Positions 10,348-20,386 are shown, numbered from the stretch's first letter. The stretch: 35,378 bases of DNA from Acaryochloridaceae cyanobacterium VAR_48_metabat_390 (GCA_031422435.1 JANPLU010000043.1:1-35378), one strand, 5' to 3'. A program made the numbers and translations. The notes: a model not told the origin generated them from the sequence alone.

Positions 10348-11592
10348 TTATAGACTGAAGACCTCAATAAGCGTTTGCACAATCCGTTTAGAAGCACCAG
10401 CTTGACCCATTCGCTGCGTTCCATTTTTTCTATAAAGATGCCGAAGGTCAGACTGCTGAAGGAGGGTATGAACTTGGACTGGAATCTCTTGGGGCTGTTT
10501 TAGGAGATGAATGGAAGCACCTAAGAGCCGCGACTGCGCTTCTGCAAAAGCCCAGGTAAACTGCGGTCCATTGCCAGGGATGGTGATAACGGGTTTGCCA
10601 AGGCCGACGCATTGTTCTGTGGCAGTGCCTGCTGTGGCGATCGCCAAATCTGCCAGGTGCAGCCCATCACTGAATGCTTTGGGTACCACTAACAAATGCG
10701 CCTGCCCAAGCGTTAGCCAAACGTAGGGAACTGCGATTTCTAAGGGGTTGCCAAAGGTCTTTAAAACCTGCTGCCAGCCTGTGGCTGTAGCACGCTGCTG
10801 AAGTTCCTCAAGGCTAAGCTGAGGGGCGATCGCTCCAATAAACACCAGGCTCTCACCCTGAAGCGCTAGGGGTGTGATTCCGTCTAGAATAAGCTGCCAA
10901 TTGGCGTAGGCTTCAGGGGGACGGGAGCCGGGTAGCAGTAGAATGGTTGCTCTATGCTTTGGCAATGTCTGGAGGGGAATGATGCCCTCAGGTTCTAAGT
11001 CATCCATCATGGGATTCCCTACGTCAAAAACGGGGATAGGCCATTGTTTAAGGAAAAGAGCGGTGAGGCGATCGCGCGGAAATACGGCTTTACAGCGGTG
11101 GTGGTGCATTAATGCTCTTTCCCAAGGGAGGTAGGTGCCATCTAGCCAGCGTTGCCAAGGCCAGCGACGAGACTTGAGGGCGGTGTCGTCTTGTCTTAGA
11201 TAATATTCAGATTTAGCAGTACCAATAAAAGCATAGGGTGCGCCGCTGAACCAGGAAAATAGGAGGGGTACGATATCGCCAACCGCCAAAATGATGCCCC
11301 CACTAGACGCCCAGCGACGACAGTCTTGAAGTTGCCTCCAAGAGAGAGAAAGGAGTCCCGATTTGAGGTCTTGCAGTACCCGCTGTCGATCCATATAGAT
11401 AAACCCGCCGGAGGGCATAGCAGCACGGACTGAGCCGTAGATGGAGATGCCTGCCTGTTCATAGGCACGACCTTCCCCCACAAGGGGGAGTGCCCGCAGA
11501 TGACATTGTGGGCATTGTTGCTGAAGCTGCCGCAAAACACGAATGGCGACTTCATCTTCACCATGACCGTTGCTGAGGGCAAGAAGTTTCAA
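10348..11592 (-). CDS. Lipid-A-disaccharide synthase-related protein (TIGR03492-like GT-B fold)
   Basis: LALSNGHGEDEVA, LPLVGEG, MPSGGFIY, AVGDIVPL, GTAKSEYY, GNPMMD, LLPGSRPPEA, AGTATEQCVGLGKP, GPQFT. TTG start. Confidence 0.88.
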   Translation of the reverse strand: MKLLALSNGHGEDEVAIRVLRQLQQQCPQCHLRALPLVGEGRAYEQAGISIYGSVRAAMPSGGFIYMDRQRVLQDLKSGLLSLSWRQLQDCRRWASSGGIILAVGDIVPLLFSWFSGAPYAFIGTAKSEYYLRQDDTALKSRRWPWQRWLDGTYLPWERALMHHHRCKAVFPRDRLTALFLKQWPIPVFDVGNPMMDDLEPEGIIPLQTLPKHRATILLLPGSRPPEAYANWQLILDGITPLALQGESLVFIGAIAPQLSLEELQQRATATGWQQVLKTFGNPLEIAVPYVWLTLGQAHLLVVPKAFSDGLHLADLAIATAGTATEQCVGLGKPVITIPGNGPQFTWAFAEAQSRLLGASIHLLKQPQEIPVQVHTLLQQSDLRHLYRKNGTQRMGQAGASKRIVQTLIEVFSL

Positions 11593-12130
11593 GGGTTTTA
11601 AGATCCTGCTATGGATGATTGAGGCTCAGAATTTCAGGCTAGTAGGGCGTAAGTCCAAACTGACCACTGAGATAATAATGAAGAAGGCTAATTTCAGTTT
11701 GTCTGGTCACTATCTCCACAATCTTACAGATTGAGAATATGGCCTTGCTAACAGCAGCCTGTAGACACCGTAAGGCCTTTCGGTAGAGTATTTGAAGTCT
11801 TATTAATCTTAAGTTGACCTAGACTCAAAGACCGCCAGATTTAGTACGTAAACTCTGAAACTGTTGTAGATCTGAGGCTGTAATCAAAGCCACTGGGCGA
11901 GTGCCGGTCGAGAATGCGGGTCATGGAGTGCACCGCTTTTCCATTATTAATGTCCCACACCATATCAATTGAGAAGCGGCCTAATAATCCAGTGCGCGAT
12001 GGCTCAAATGCATCTTTTCCTCAAGAGTGCGGTAAAATTTCAGTGATTTCGGATCGGTCTTGAGGCTGAATCCACTGTTGAATGTGCTTTTGAGGCCGTA
12101 CCGCTTGCGCTAAGCGATTTTTTAACAATC

Positions 12131-13432
12131 ATGGTCGGCTATCTTACCTCCCTTGCAATTTTTATTGCGACCTATGCCCTGTTTAGCCTGGGGCTTAATC
12201 TTCAGTGGGGCTTTACCGGACTCATTAATTTTGGTCATGTAGCCTTTCTGACCTTGGGTGCCTATGTGACGGTGCTGCTGTCCCTCAATGGGGTGCCCAT
12301 TATTCTGGCAACAGCGGCAGGTGGACTTTGTGCGGCACTGTTGGGATTATTGATTGGACTCTCCACGCTGCGCTTACGAGAAGACTATCTGGCGATCGTG
12401 ACCATTGGCGTAGCGGAAGTGGTGCGCTTAATCGCCCTCAACGAAGAATGGCTCACGAAGGGCACCCGTGGGGTTTATAGCTACCCGCTTCCCCTCGATA
12501 AGCTCGCGCCCAACGTGGCGGTCAAACTCGCCATGATTGTCATCCTTGCCGGAATTCTTGGCGTGGGGCTTTGGCACCTGTGGAAGTGGGTCAGTGCTTT
12601 ACCCAGCGAAGATAGTGCTGTCCCAAGCGTTCGCCGCCTTACTCGCACATCGCTCCCGTTCTTTGTCGGCTATGGGCTATGTCTGACGGTACTTGCCGTT
12701 ATCCTTTGGCTTGGGTTCAGCGTAGATTTTGGGTTTCTGTTTGTGGCTGTTGTACCGCTGGCGCTGGGCGTGGGCATCCCCTACCTTCAGTTTAAGCAGC
12801 CGATCACCCAGTTTAAGCAGCAGCCCTGGGGCACTCACGGGGCGATCGCCACAGCCACTTTCACCTTTAGCGTCGTCATGATGGCCTTTTGGGCAGACGT
12901 GCTTGGGCTATGGGACTACACCTATAAAGCAGGGCTAATGTGGCTACTGGTTGTCACCGTTGCGATCGCATTCTGGCGGCTGGAGGCGCTGGTGAATTCT
13001 CCTTGGGGGCGCGTCCTCAAGGCCATCCGAGAAGATGAGGAAGTGGCGAAGGCACTGGGCAAAAACGTATTTCGCTATAAATTGCAGTCTTTGATGATTG
13101 GTGGGGCGATCGCAGGGTTAGCGGGGTCTTTCTATGCATGGCAGCTCACCTTCATTAACCCCGATGGGTTTATTTCTCTGCTGACCTTTCAAGCCTGGAT
13201 TATTGTGGTGCTGGGCGGGTCGGGCAACAATGTCGGCACACTACTCGGCTCCCTCATCTTTTGGGCTTATGATGCTGCGACTCGGTTTTTGCTGCCTGTG
13301 CTGCTGCCCCTGGACGATGCGCGGCTGGGAGCCTTTCGAGTCATGGTGATTGGGCTGCTCATGATTGTTTTAATGATGTGGCGACCGCAGGGTATTTTAG
13401 GCAAAAAAGATGAGCTATCCCTTGGACGATAA
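12131..13432 (+). CDS. natC: Branched-chain/neutral amino acid ABC transporter permease (LivM/NatC type)
   Basis: LGLNLQWGFTGLINFGHVAF, LRLREDYLAIVTIG, SPWGRVLKAIREDEEVAKALGKN, WRPQGILGKKDEL. Confidence 0.88.
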   Translation: MVGYLTSLAIFIATYALFSLGLNLQWGFTGLINFGHVAFLTLGAYVTVLLSLNGVPIILATAAGGLCAALLGLLIGLSTLRLREDYLAIVTIGVAEVVRLIALNEEWLTKGTRGVYSYPLPLDKLAPNVAVKLAMIVILAGILGVGLWHLWKWVSALPSEDSAVPSVRRLTRTSLPFFVGYGLCLTVLAVILWLGFSVDFGFLFVAVVPLALGVGIPYLQFKQPITQFKQQPWGTHGAIATATFTFSVVMMAFWADVLGLWDYTYKAGLMWLLVVTVAIAFWRLEALVNSPWGRVLKAIREDEEVAKALGKNVFRYKLQSLMIGGAIAGLAGSFYAWQLTFINPDGFISLLTFQAWIIVVLGGSGNNVGTLLGSLIFWAYDAATRFLLPVLLPLDDARLGAFRVMVIGLLMIVLMMWRPQGILGKKDELSLGR

Positions 13433-13436
13433 CCCC

Positions 13437-14216
13437 ATGACTGCATCTGTACTTCCCTCGCTGCTGTCTGCCAATGGCCTTTGTAAATCCTTTGGTGGTA
13501 TCAAAGCGGTTCAAAACGTCACCCTTGAAGTGGAGCAGGGCAAAATTGTGGGGCTGATTGGTCCCAATGGGGCAGGTAAAACAACTTTGTTTAATCTGTT
13601 GTGCAACTTTATTTCTCCCGATCAAGGTGCTGTGCTGTTTGACGGAAAACCCATTCATACCCTGCCCTGTCACAGCATTGCCCTTCAGGGCATGGTACGG
13701 ACGTTTCAGGTTGCTCGCGTATTGTCGAAGCTCTCGGTGCTAGATAATCTGCTGCTGGCAGCGCCCCATCAAACGGGCGAAAAGCTTAGCAATACCTGGA
13801 TCTTTGCCCAGCGCCCCAGCATTGTGAACGAAGAAAAATGCCTCAGAAACCGCGCTGCCGAGATTTTGGAGTCTGTAGGGCTAAGCCACATGATTCATGC
13901 CTACGCCGGGTCGCTTTCTGGGGGGCAGCGCAAATTACTAGAGATGGGACGCGCCCTCATGACCAATCCCAAACTCATTTTGCTTGATGAGCCTGCCGCT
14001 GGCGTTAACCCCACCCTGATTAAGCAGATTTGTGAGCATGTCAAAATCTGGAATCAGCAGGGCATCACGTTTCTGGTGATTGAACACAACATGGAGGTGA
14101 TTATGTCTCTATGCGATCGCGTGTGGGTGCTGGCAGAAGGCCAAAACCTGATGTGTGGTACCCCTGCTGAAGTCCAAAGCAACGCGAAGGTGCTGGAAGC
14201 TTACCTAGGGCAATAG
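13437..14216 (+). CDS. natA: Branched-chain/neutral amino acid ABC transporter ATP-binding subunit (LivG/NatA type)
   Basis: Walker A GPNGAGKTT, RTFQ, LSGGQRKLLE, ILLDEPAAGVNP, IEHNM, VLEAYLG. ATG at 13437 lies just after the permease stop. Confidence 0.9.
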   Translation: MTASVLPSLLSANGLCKSFGGIKAVQNVTLEVEQGKIVGLIGPNGAGKTTLFNLLCNFISPDQGAVLFDGKPIHTLPCHSIALQGMVRTFQVARVLSKLSVLDNLLLAAPHQTGEKLSNTWIFAQRPSIVNEEKCLRNRAAEILESVGLSHMIHAYAGSLSGGQRKLLEMGRALMTNPKLILLDEPAAGVNPTLIKQICEHVKIWNQQGITFLVIEHNMEVIMSLCDRVWVLAEGQNLMCGTPAEVQSNAKVLEAYLGQ

Positions 14217-14224
14217 GCAAAAAT

Positions 14225-14401
14225 CTAGCCCTTTAATGCCCGTCTAAAGTTTTGCCGATAAGATGCGCTAAACAGCATCACAGGCCACAGTAGCGTCAGC
14301 ATAGGCCGAGATTGACTGTATTGGGTTTGTCCAAATCCAGTCCAGAATTTCCAGGCACCGCCCAAATACACCATCAATAACACGAAGCTGATAAAGCCCA
14401 T
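14225..14401 (-). CDS. 58-aa membrane microprotein, unknown function
   Basis: Manual translation MGFISFVLLMVYLGGAWKFWTGFGQTQYSQSRPMLTLLWPVMLFSASYRQNFRRALKG*. AGGAG lies 7 nt upstream of the ATG. Two hydrophobic stretches and a basic tail. Confidence 0.8.
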   Translation of the reverse strand: MGFISFVLLMVYLGGAWKFWTGFGQTQYSQSRPMLTLLWPVMLFSASYRQNFRRALKG

Positions 14402-14598
14402 TACGGTACTCCTGTTTAACTCGAATTGACTTCATTTTAACAACGCCTTTCTAGGCTTGACCTCAAATCGGCTGATGACGCTTCTAGGCTTTGATTAGAA
14501 AATAGGGTTGTGATGCAAATGTTACAACTTGCAACGCTGTAATCAGCTACAAAGCAACATACTAGAGTTTGAATCATTTACTGTTAAACAAAATCTAC

Positions 14599-15201
14599 GT
14601 GACACCCCTTGTTGTTGCTACCCAAAACCTTGGCAAGCTGAAAGAACTTCAGCACCACCTCAGCGACCTATCCTGGGATCTTCAAATGATGCCGGAGGAT
14701 CTTGACGTAGAAGAAACCGGACAAACCTTTATGGAAAATGCCTGCCTCAAAGCGTCTCAGGTTGCCAAACAGTTGGGTCAATGGGCGATCGCCGATGACT
14801 CTGGCCTAGAAGTAGCGGCGCTTCATGGTGCCCCTGGCGTTTATTCTGCGCGATATGGCAAAGATGACGAAGATCGCATTGCGCGACTGCTGAGAGAACT
14901 GGGCGATACCTCTCAGCGGTCAGCGCAGTTTGTGTGTGCGATCGCCCTTGCCCGTCCTGATGGCGAAATTGTGGGTCAAGCCGAGGGGATTTGCTCTGGC
15001 GAAATTTTGTACGAGATGCAGGGACGGGGCGGATTTGGCTATGACCCTGTGTTTTATGTTCCTGGGATGGGGCTAACCTATGCCGAGATGTCCAAAGACC
15101 AGAAGCGAGAAATAAGCCATCGAGGGAAGGCGATCGCCACTATTATTCCCCAACTTCAGGAACTGGCGGCGGTGACTATACCCATTGCACCCGCCGAATA
15201 A
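14599..15201 (+). CDS. rdgB: RdgB/HAM1 non-canonical purine NTP pyrophosphatase
   Basis: VVATQNLGKLKE, EETGQTFMENACLKA, ADDSGLEV, GAPGVYSARY, GFGYDPVF, ISHRGKA. GTG at 14599 is the likely start. Confidence 0.95.
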   Translation: MTPLVVATQNLGKLKELQHHLSDLSWDLQMMPEDLDVEETGQTFMENACLKASQVAKQLGQWAIADDSGLEVAALHGAPGVYSARYGKDDEDRIARLLRELGDTSQRSAQFVCAIALARPDGEIVGQAEGICSGEILYEMQGRGGFGYDPVFYVPGMGLTYAEMSKDQKREISHRGKAIATIIPQLQELAAVTIPIAPAE

Positions 15202-15292
15202 GACCAGTTTTGGCTATGCTTAGTCAGGAGGAGGCGAAACCTGAACCGCCACCGTCAATCAACGCGCAACGGTAGACCAGGAGTTACAGCCC

Positions 15293-16060
15293 TTGACCAG
15301 TCAGACCTTAATTCAACCCCAAGCCCTCGAACTGAACCTTCCGAAGCTCAACACAACCCTAGCGCCAGCCAGCGCCCTTGAGATTGTTGAATGGGCTGCT
15401 GATACCTTTGGCGAGGGTGTCGTCATGAGTACCAGCTTTGGCATCCAGGCGGCAGTTATGCTGCACCTGACGACCCGCATTATTCCCAACATCCCTGTTA
15501 TTTGGGTAGATACCGGCTACCTGCCGCCCGCCACCTACCGCTTTGCCGAACAGCTCATCAATGACCTCAATCTTAATATCCAGGTCTATCAGTCCCCTAT
15601 TAGCCCCGCGCGGATGGAGGCGATTGACGGTCGGCTGTGGCAAAAAGACGATGTAGAAGCCTTCAATCGCTATGACCAGATTCGTAAAGTAGAGCCAATG
15701 CAGCGCGCACTCAAAGATTTAGGCGCTACGGCATGGTTTGCAGGGCTTCGGTCTGAGCAAACTAACCATCGTAAGATGCTGACGGTGCTGGAGCGCCAAG
15801 GTTCGCTTTATAAGGTGTTACCCATCCTCAACTGGACGACGGAAGATGTCCATCGTTATTTAGAAGAACATAGCTTGCCATACCATCCCCTCAAAGAGAA
15901 AGGCTATGCCACTGTTGGCGACTGGCATTCCAGTCGCCCCATGACAGATCAAGATGAGCATGAGCGCCAAACCCGTTTTCAGGGCATGAAGCAAGAATGT
16001 GGGCTGCACCTGCCCGCCACCATTAGCGAAGAGAAAAGCTTGGATTCTAGTTCTCTCTAA
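15293..16060 (+). CDS. cysH: Phosphoadenylyl-sulfate (PAPS) reductase
   Basis: [36 protein letters not shown]-terminal ECGLH. No CC...CxxC Fe-S motif, so PAPS-type. CAGGAG RBS before a TTG start. Confidence 0.95.
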   Translation: MTSQTLIQPQALELNLPKLNTTLAPASALEIVEWAADTFGEGVVMSTSFGIQAAVMLHLTTRIIPNIPVIWVDTGYLPPATYRFAEQLINDLNLNIQVYQSPISPARMEAIDGRLWQKDDVEAFNRYDQIRKVEPMQRALKDLGATAWFAGLRSEQTNHRKMLTVLERQGSLYKVLPILNWTTEDVHRYLEEHSLPYHPLKEKGYATVGDWHSSRPMTDQDEHERQTRFQGMKQECGLHLPATISEEKSLDSSSL

Positions 16061-16077
16061 GCGCATAGCCCATTTGC

Positions 16078-16314
16078 TTATCTACGGACTAAATGACGGC
16101 GATCACCAATGCCGGGATTCCAGATTGCGGCGATCGCCGTTTCTGAAAGTTTCGACAGCTCTTCAGCGAGATTACTAAGGCTAAGGCTGTAGCCTTGCTG
16201 CTGGGCAAGACTCATAAACGTTTTAGGATCTTGAATGGCTTGGAGCCGAAGCTCACGATCTTGTGCCGCGTGAATATCTTTATGGAGTCGAGCTGCATTC
16301 ACTTGAATTGCCAT
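16078..16314 (-). CDS. Nif11-like leader-domain small protein
   Basis: RLQAIQDPKTFMSLAQQQGYSLSLSNL...KLSE resembles the Nif11 consensus (L.A..d.e..v.iA.e.Gy.ft.eel). AAGGAG RBS. Confidence 0.7.
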   Translation of the reverse strand: MAIQVNAARLHKDIHAAQDRELRLQAIQDPKTFMSLAQQQGYSLSLSNLAEELSKLSETAIAAIWNPGIGDRRHLVRR

Positions 16315-16466
16315 GATCCCATCTCCTTAGACATGTAGATGCCACACGTTGAGGGCTACACATTGAATGGCTTAAACCCCGCCTGTGATGCGTCGCCTCA
16401 ACAGCACTTACCCTGATCATGCCGAACTTTTATGAGAATTGGGGTTATGTTTTGTAACGGATAGGC

Positions 16467-17759
16467 TTAGCCTAACTCCCGATGAGTAAAAGCACGGGCA
16501 TCTTTGCCAGCGTAGGTTTCCACAATGTGTCCATCGCCCTGGAGCTGATACTTATAGGTCACAAGTCCTTCTAAACCCACTGGGCCTCGCGGTGGCATTT
16601 GCTGAGTACTAATGCCCACTTCTGCGCCAAGACCATAGCGGAACCCATCGGCAAAGCGCGTTGAGCAGTTGTGAAAAACACCAGCGGCATCCACGCGATC
16701 CATAAAGAGTTGTGCAGTCTCAGCATCTTCGGTTGCGATCGCCTCGGTGTGACCAGAACCGTAGGTATTAATGTGGGCGATCGCCCCTTCCAAAGACTCC
16801 ACCACGCGAATGGATAAGATCAGGTCGCTATACTCCGTTGCCCAGTCTGCTTCTGTGGCAGACTCAACATCCACAATGGTTTGGGTTGCAGCATCTCCCC
16901 GTAGCGCAACGCCTTTAGCCAGCAGTGCCTGTGCAATCTCGGGCAAAAAAGTTGGGGCAACATTTTGATGAACCAACAGCGTCTCAATTGCGTTGCAGGC
17001 GGCAGGATACTGAGTTTTTGAGTCTACAGCGATTGGGATCGTTTTAGATAAATCTGCGGCGCGGTCAATGTAGAGGTGACAAATGCCTTCAGCGTGTCCT
17101 AGCACCGGAATTCGAGTATTGTCCTGCACAAACTGGACAAAGCTATTAGAGCCTCTAGGGATAATCAGATCGACATAGCGGTCTAGCTTCAGCAGTTCCA
17201 TTGTTTCTTCGCGGCTGGTCAGCAGCGCCACCACCGCCGGGTCGATGGGTTTTTTCGCCAGTCCTGCATGAATGGCCTTCACCAGTGCCTGACAGGTATT
17301 GAGCGCCTCTTGTCCGCCCTTCAGCAACACGCCATTGCCCGATTTAATGGCAAGGGAAGAAATCTGCATCACCGCATCAGGACGGGCTTCAAAAATAATG
17401 CCCAGCACCCCCAAAGGGCAGGAAACGCGCTTTAGCACTAGCCCCTGATCCAGTTCCCGATGGATCTGCACCTCACCGATCCCATCGGTGAGGGTTGCTA
17501 CACTGCGAACTCCAGCGATCGCCGCTGCCAGCTTTTCCTCATCTAACTTAAGCCGCGCATACAGCGCACTGGCTAGTCCGTTAGCTTTTGCCAATTCGCA
17601 GTCTTTTGCGTTAGCTGCCACGATATCGGCACTGAAAGCCTCTAAGGACTGGGCGATCGCCTCTAGCGCCTGATTTTTAACCGCTGTCGTCTGAACCGCC
17701 AGCCCTTGAGCGGCAAGACGGGTACGCTGAGCTTGCTCAATTAAAGTCATCTTGCTCAA
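16467..17759 (-). CDS. proA: Glutamate-5-semialdehyde dehydrogenase
   Basis: [74 protein letters not shown]. Exact start uncertain by a few codons. Confidence 0.97.
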   Translation of the reverse strand: MSKMTLIEQAQRTRLAAQGLAVQTTAVKNQALEAIAQSLEAFSADIVAANAKDCELAKANGLASALYARLKLDEEKLAAAIAGVRSVATLTDGIGEVQIHRELDQGLVLKRVSCPLGVLGIIFEARPDAVMQISSLAIKSGNGVLLKGGQEALNTCQALVKAIHAGLAKKPIDPAVVALLTSREETMELLKLDRYVDLIIPRGSNSFVQFVQDNTRIPVLGHAEGICHLYIDRAADLSKTIPIAVDSKTQYPAACNAIETLLVHQNVAPTFLPEIAQALLAKGVALRGDAATQTIVDVESATEADWATEYSDLILSIRVVESLEGAIAHINTYGSGHTEAIATEDAETAQLFMDRVDAAGVFHNCSTRFADGFRYGLGAEVGISTQQMPPRGPVGLEGLVTYKYQLQGDGHIVETYAGKDARAFTHRELG

Positions 17760-17773
17760 TATTATTTCTAGCT

Positions 17774-18676
17774 TTAGGACTCTTCTCGCTCATACTCAGC
17801 TACCTTCTGACGCTCCGGCAGCTTGAGTGGGGGAGCCTCATATTCTTCTTCAGGCTGGTCATCCCAGGCATCTTTTTCTAAATCATCTTCCCAGCGCTGC
17901 TTGACCTCACGCGGGGCCTCAGAGGGTGGGGCTGCCGCGTAGGCGCGTTTTGGCTCCTCAGCCCGACGCCCTGCCGGAATAGTTTCCCACTCGTCCTCTT
18001 CTGCCCAGGTATCGCGATCGCGCGCAGGAGCCGCCGCAACTGGGGGAACATAGGGCGCAACTCGCTGTCCAGAGGCAAGCTGATTGCTGGTAGGTGTTCG
18101 AGTGGGGATGTAGTCTTCTTCTTCGTTTTCCCAGGGGGCACCGCCTAGGCCAAGACGTTCTAAAACGCCCACAGTAATCTGCATGAGCTTATCTTCAGTG
18201 CCTTCAAACACAATCACCCGATCAGGGCCAGTGCTAACAATTTGGTCTACAGGCAGCTCGTAGGTGCTAATGAGCTGGGATGGAATTAAGGGCAGCCCCA
18301 GAGAGGCAATTACAAGGGCGGTAATTTCGCCACTGACCGTATCAAATTTAAAGCCTCGCACCTTGCCCAGCACTTCACCCGCTTCTGTAATCACCTCATG
18401 GCTGATCAGTGTGCTGTAGTTAAGTGGGTTAACTTCCTCCAGGATGCTTTCGTCATCGACTAGAACCACATCCCCAATCTGACGAACATTTTCTAGAAAG
18501 AGGTAGCGCTGTTCTCCTGTAATCAGCGTGCTGCGTAGCCCTAGTGCCACGACCTCGCGCTGATCAATATCAACCCATAGCTGATTGATAACCCCCAGCT
18601 TTTTACCCGTATTACGAGTAATAACTTGGGTTCCAATTAAATCGGATCGCTGCTGAACCTGTTCAGGTATTGCCAT
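17774..18676 (-). CDS. Tandem PRC-barrel protein with acidic disordered C-terminus
   Basis: [27 protein letters not shown] and [23 protein letters not shown], followed by an E/D/W/P-rich tail. Confidence 0.88.
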   Translation of the reverse strand: MAIPEQVQQRSDLIGTQVITRNTGKKLGVINQLWVDIDQREVVALGLRSTLITGEQRYLFLENVRQIGDVVLVDDESILEEVNPLNYSTLISHEVITEAGEVLGKVRGFKFDTVSGEITALVIASLGLPLIPSQLISTYELPVDQIVSTGPDRVIVFEGTEDKLMQITVGVLERLGLGGAPWENEEEDYIPTRTPTSNQLASGQRVAPYVPPVAAAPARDRDTWAEEDEWETIPAGRRAEEPKRAYAAAPPSEAPREVKQRWEDDLEKDAWDDQPEEEYEAPPLKLPERQKVAEYEREES

Positions 18677-19008
18677 TTCTGAATCCTGAGTCGAACTCCG
18701 GTGAGAGGGTTTACGGTACAGACTGGCTGAAGATAGCTTGCGATGGAGCAGACGACTTCAGTCGTTGATACTCTTTAGTACCCCGTTCACACTACTTTAG
18801 CAAGTGCGGCTTTCTGCCATCGGTTACGGTCGCAATGTCAGGTAAGGTTTGCTTCCCATTCCTAATGACCTTCATAAGCTCTTGCTTAACCCATTCTTTA
18901 AGGATACTAGATGTGTTTCTGAATATCACGACGTGATCAATCTTGCCGTTTACTTGGGTATTCTGATCTTACGCACGATGATGGCAGCTTTATCGGATTA
19001 GGGAGACT

Positions 19009-19326
19009 ATGACAATGCTCAGTGGCGGGGGGCACCAGGTTGGCTCATCTATGCCCAAAGAAAATTGGTTCCAAAAACTGTGGGTGATGCTAACGGGAAA
19101 TGGGGCGTTGTCAAAAACGGTACAGAATCCTTCTGGGCGGGCACTTTATGCAACAACTCATAAGCTCGTTCAGGTTCAGCATCAGGTAGATCGTTTACAG
19201 GTACAGCACAACATAGAAATGGCTCGATTGGCTCAGGCTTATCACGAACTCTCTGGCGCTGATCGCGCGGCGCTTCCCCACAATTTGCAGCAGCAGCTTA
19301 ACCGTATCGAGTCAGAGTATTTCTAA
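19009..19326 (+). CDS. Hypothetical protein, 105 aa, helical or coiled-coil
   Basis: GGGAGA RBS before the ATG. Fills the gap between the PRC-barrel gene and murQ. No family recognised. Confidence 0.65.
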   Translation: MTMLSGGGHQVGSSMPKENWFQKLWVMLTGNGALSKTVQNPSGRALYATTHKLVQVQHQVDRLQVQHNIEMARLAQAYHELSGADRAALPHNLQQQLNRIESEYF

Positions 19327-19346
19327 GCTCAAAACTCAGCGCTTCT

Positions 19347-19388
19347 CATAGTATGAGGCCATGCTCTAAAGCATGGCCTCATACTATG
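19347..19388. repeat. 19-bp perfect inverted repeat with 4-nt loop
   Basis: CATAGTATGAGGCCATGCT-CTAA-AGCATGGCCTCATACTATG. Confidence 0.9.
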
Positions 19389-19453
19389 GGCACAGCTTGG
19401 GAAGTCTGCATGGTAGGGTGTTGAGTGTTGTTGAGAATGCATGGGATATAGCA

Positions 19454-20386
19454 TTGAGCGCACCTTCAACGGAATTCGGCACTATCCAAGAGCGCGGTCA
19501 TCTCCTGACGGAACAGGTCAACCCTAAAAGCAAAAATCTTGACCAGATGTCACCCCTTGAGATTGTTGATTTGTTTAATCGAGAAGACGAAAAGGTCTTG
19601 GCGGCGATCGCCGGAGCCAGAGAATCCCTGGCCTTGGCATTAGAAAAAACGGCGGCGGCACTGCGTCAAGGTGGGCGGCTGTTTTACATTGGGGCAGGTA
19701 CCAGCGGTCGTCTAGGCGTTTTGGATGCCGCTGAGTGTCCACCCACGTTTTGTACCCCACCGGAGCTTGTGCAAGGCATTTTGGCAGGAGGTGCGCCTGC
19801 GCTACTGCGAAGTTCTGAAGCCCTTGAAGATCGCTCAGAAGATGGAGCGGCAGCCGTTGCTGAACACAACATTACTGAGAGAGATGTCCTTGTCGGCATT
19901 ACCGCAGGGGGCACTACGCCCTACGTTCAGGGTGCATTACGGGCGGCGCGAGCGCAGGGAACCACCACCATTTTTATGGCCTGTGTGCCTTTGGAGCAGG
20001 TTTCTATTGAGGTAGATGTCGATATTCGGCTGCTGGTGGGGCCAGAGCTATTGGCAGGTTCCACACGCCTAAAGGCAGGTACTGTTACAAAACTGGCGCT
20101 GAATATTTTGTCTACGGGCACAATGGTGCTGCTGGGAAAGGTTTACGGCAACCGCATGGTGGACGTAGCAGTCACAAACCAAAAGCTCTATGGCAGAGCG
20201 GTACGAATGATTCAAGACCTGACGGATCTGGGGCGAGAGGAGGCAGTGGCGCTGCTAGAGAAAAGCGATCGCCGCGTTAAGCTTGCTCTTCTAATGCACT
20301 GGACGGGACTAGATGCCGTAGCAGGTGAGCAGCAATTAGCAAGCTGTCAAGGCAATTTGAGACAGGCAATTCAGCGAACTTTGTAA
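19454..20386 (+). CDS. murQ: N-acetylmuramic acid 6-phosphate etherase
   Basis: LLTEQVNP, GRLFYIGAGTSGRLGVLDAAECPPTF, GPELLAGSTRLKAGT, GKVYGNRMVD. Start is probably TTG at 19454. The track's ATG at 19373 lies inside the hairpin and adds a non-homologous extension. Confidence 0.95.
   Translation: MSAPSTEFGTIQERGHLLTEQVNPKSKNLDQMSPLEIVDLFNREDEKVLAAIAGARESLALALEKTAAALRQGGRLFYIGAGTSGRLGVLDAAECPPTFCTPPELVQGILAGGAPALLRSSEALEDRSEDGAAAVAEHNITERDVLVGITAGGTTPYVQGALRAARAQGTTTIFMACVPLEQVSIEVDVDIRLLVGPELLAGSTRLKAGTVTKLALNILSTGTMVLLGKVYGNRMVDVAVTNQKLYGRAVRMIQDLTDLGREEAVALLEKSDRRVKLALLMHWTGLDAVAGEQQLASCQGNLRQAIQRTL

Noticed and set aside
14268..14435. Alternative 55-aa minus-strand ORF (MKSIRVKQEY...)
   Set aside because: It overlaps the 58-aa ORF in another frame. 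The latter has the RBS and coherent membrane-protein features.
19373..19453. N-terminal extension of MurQ from ATG 19373
   Set aside because: The ATG is buried in the 19-bp stem and the extension is not MurQ-like.
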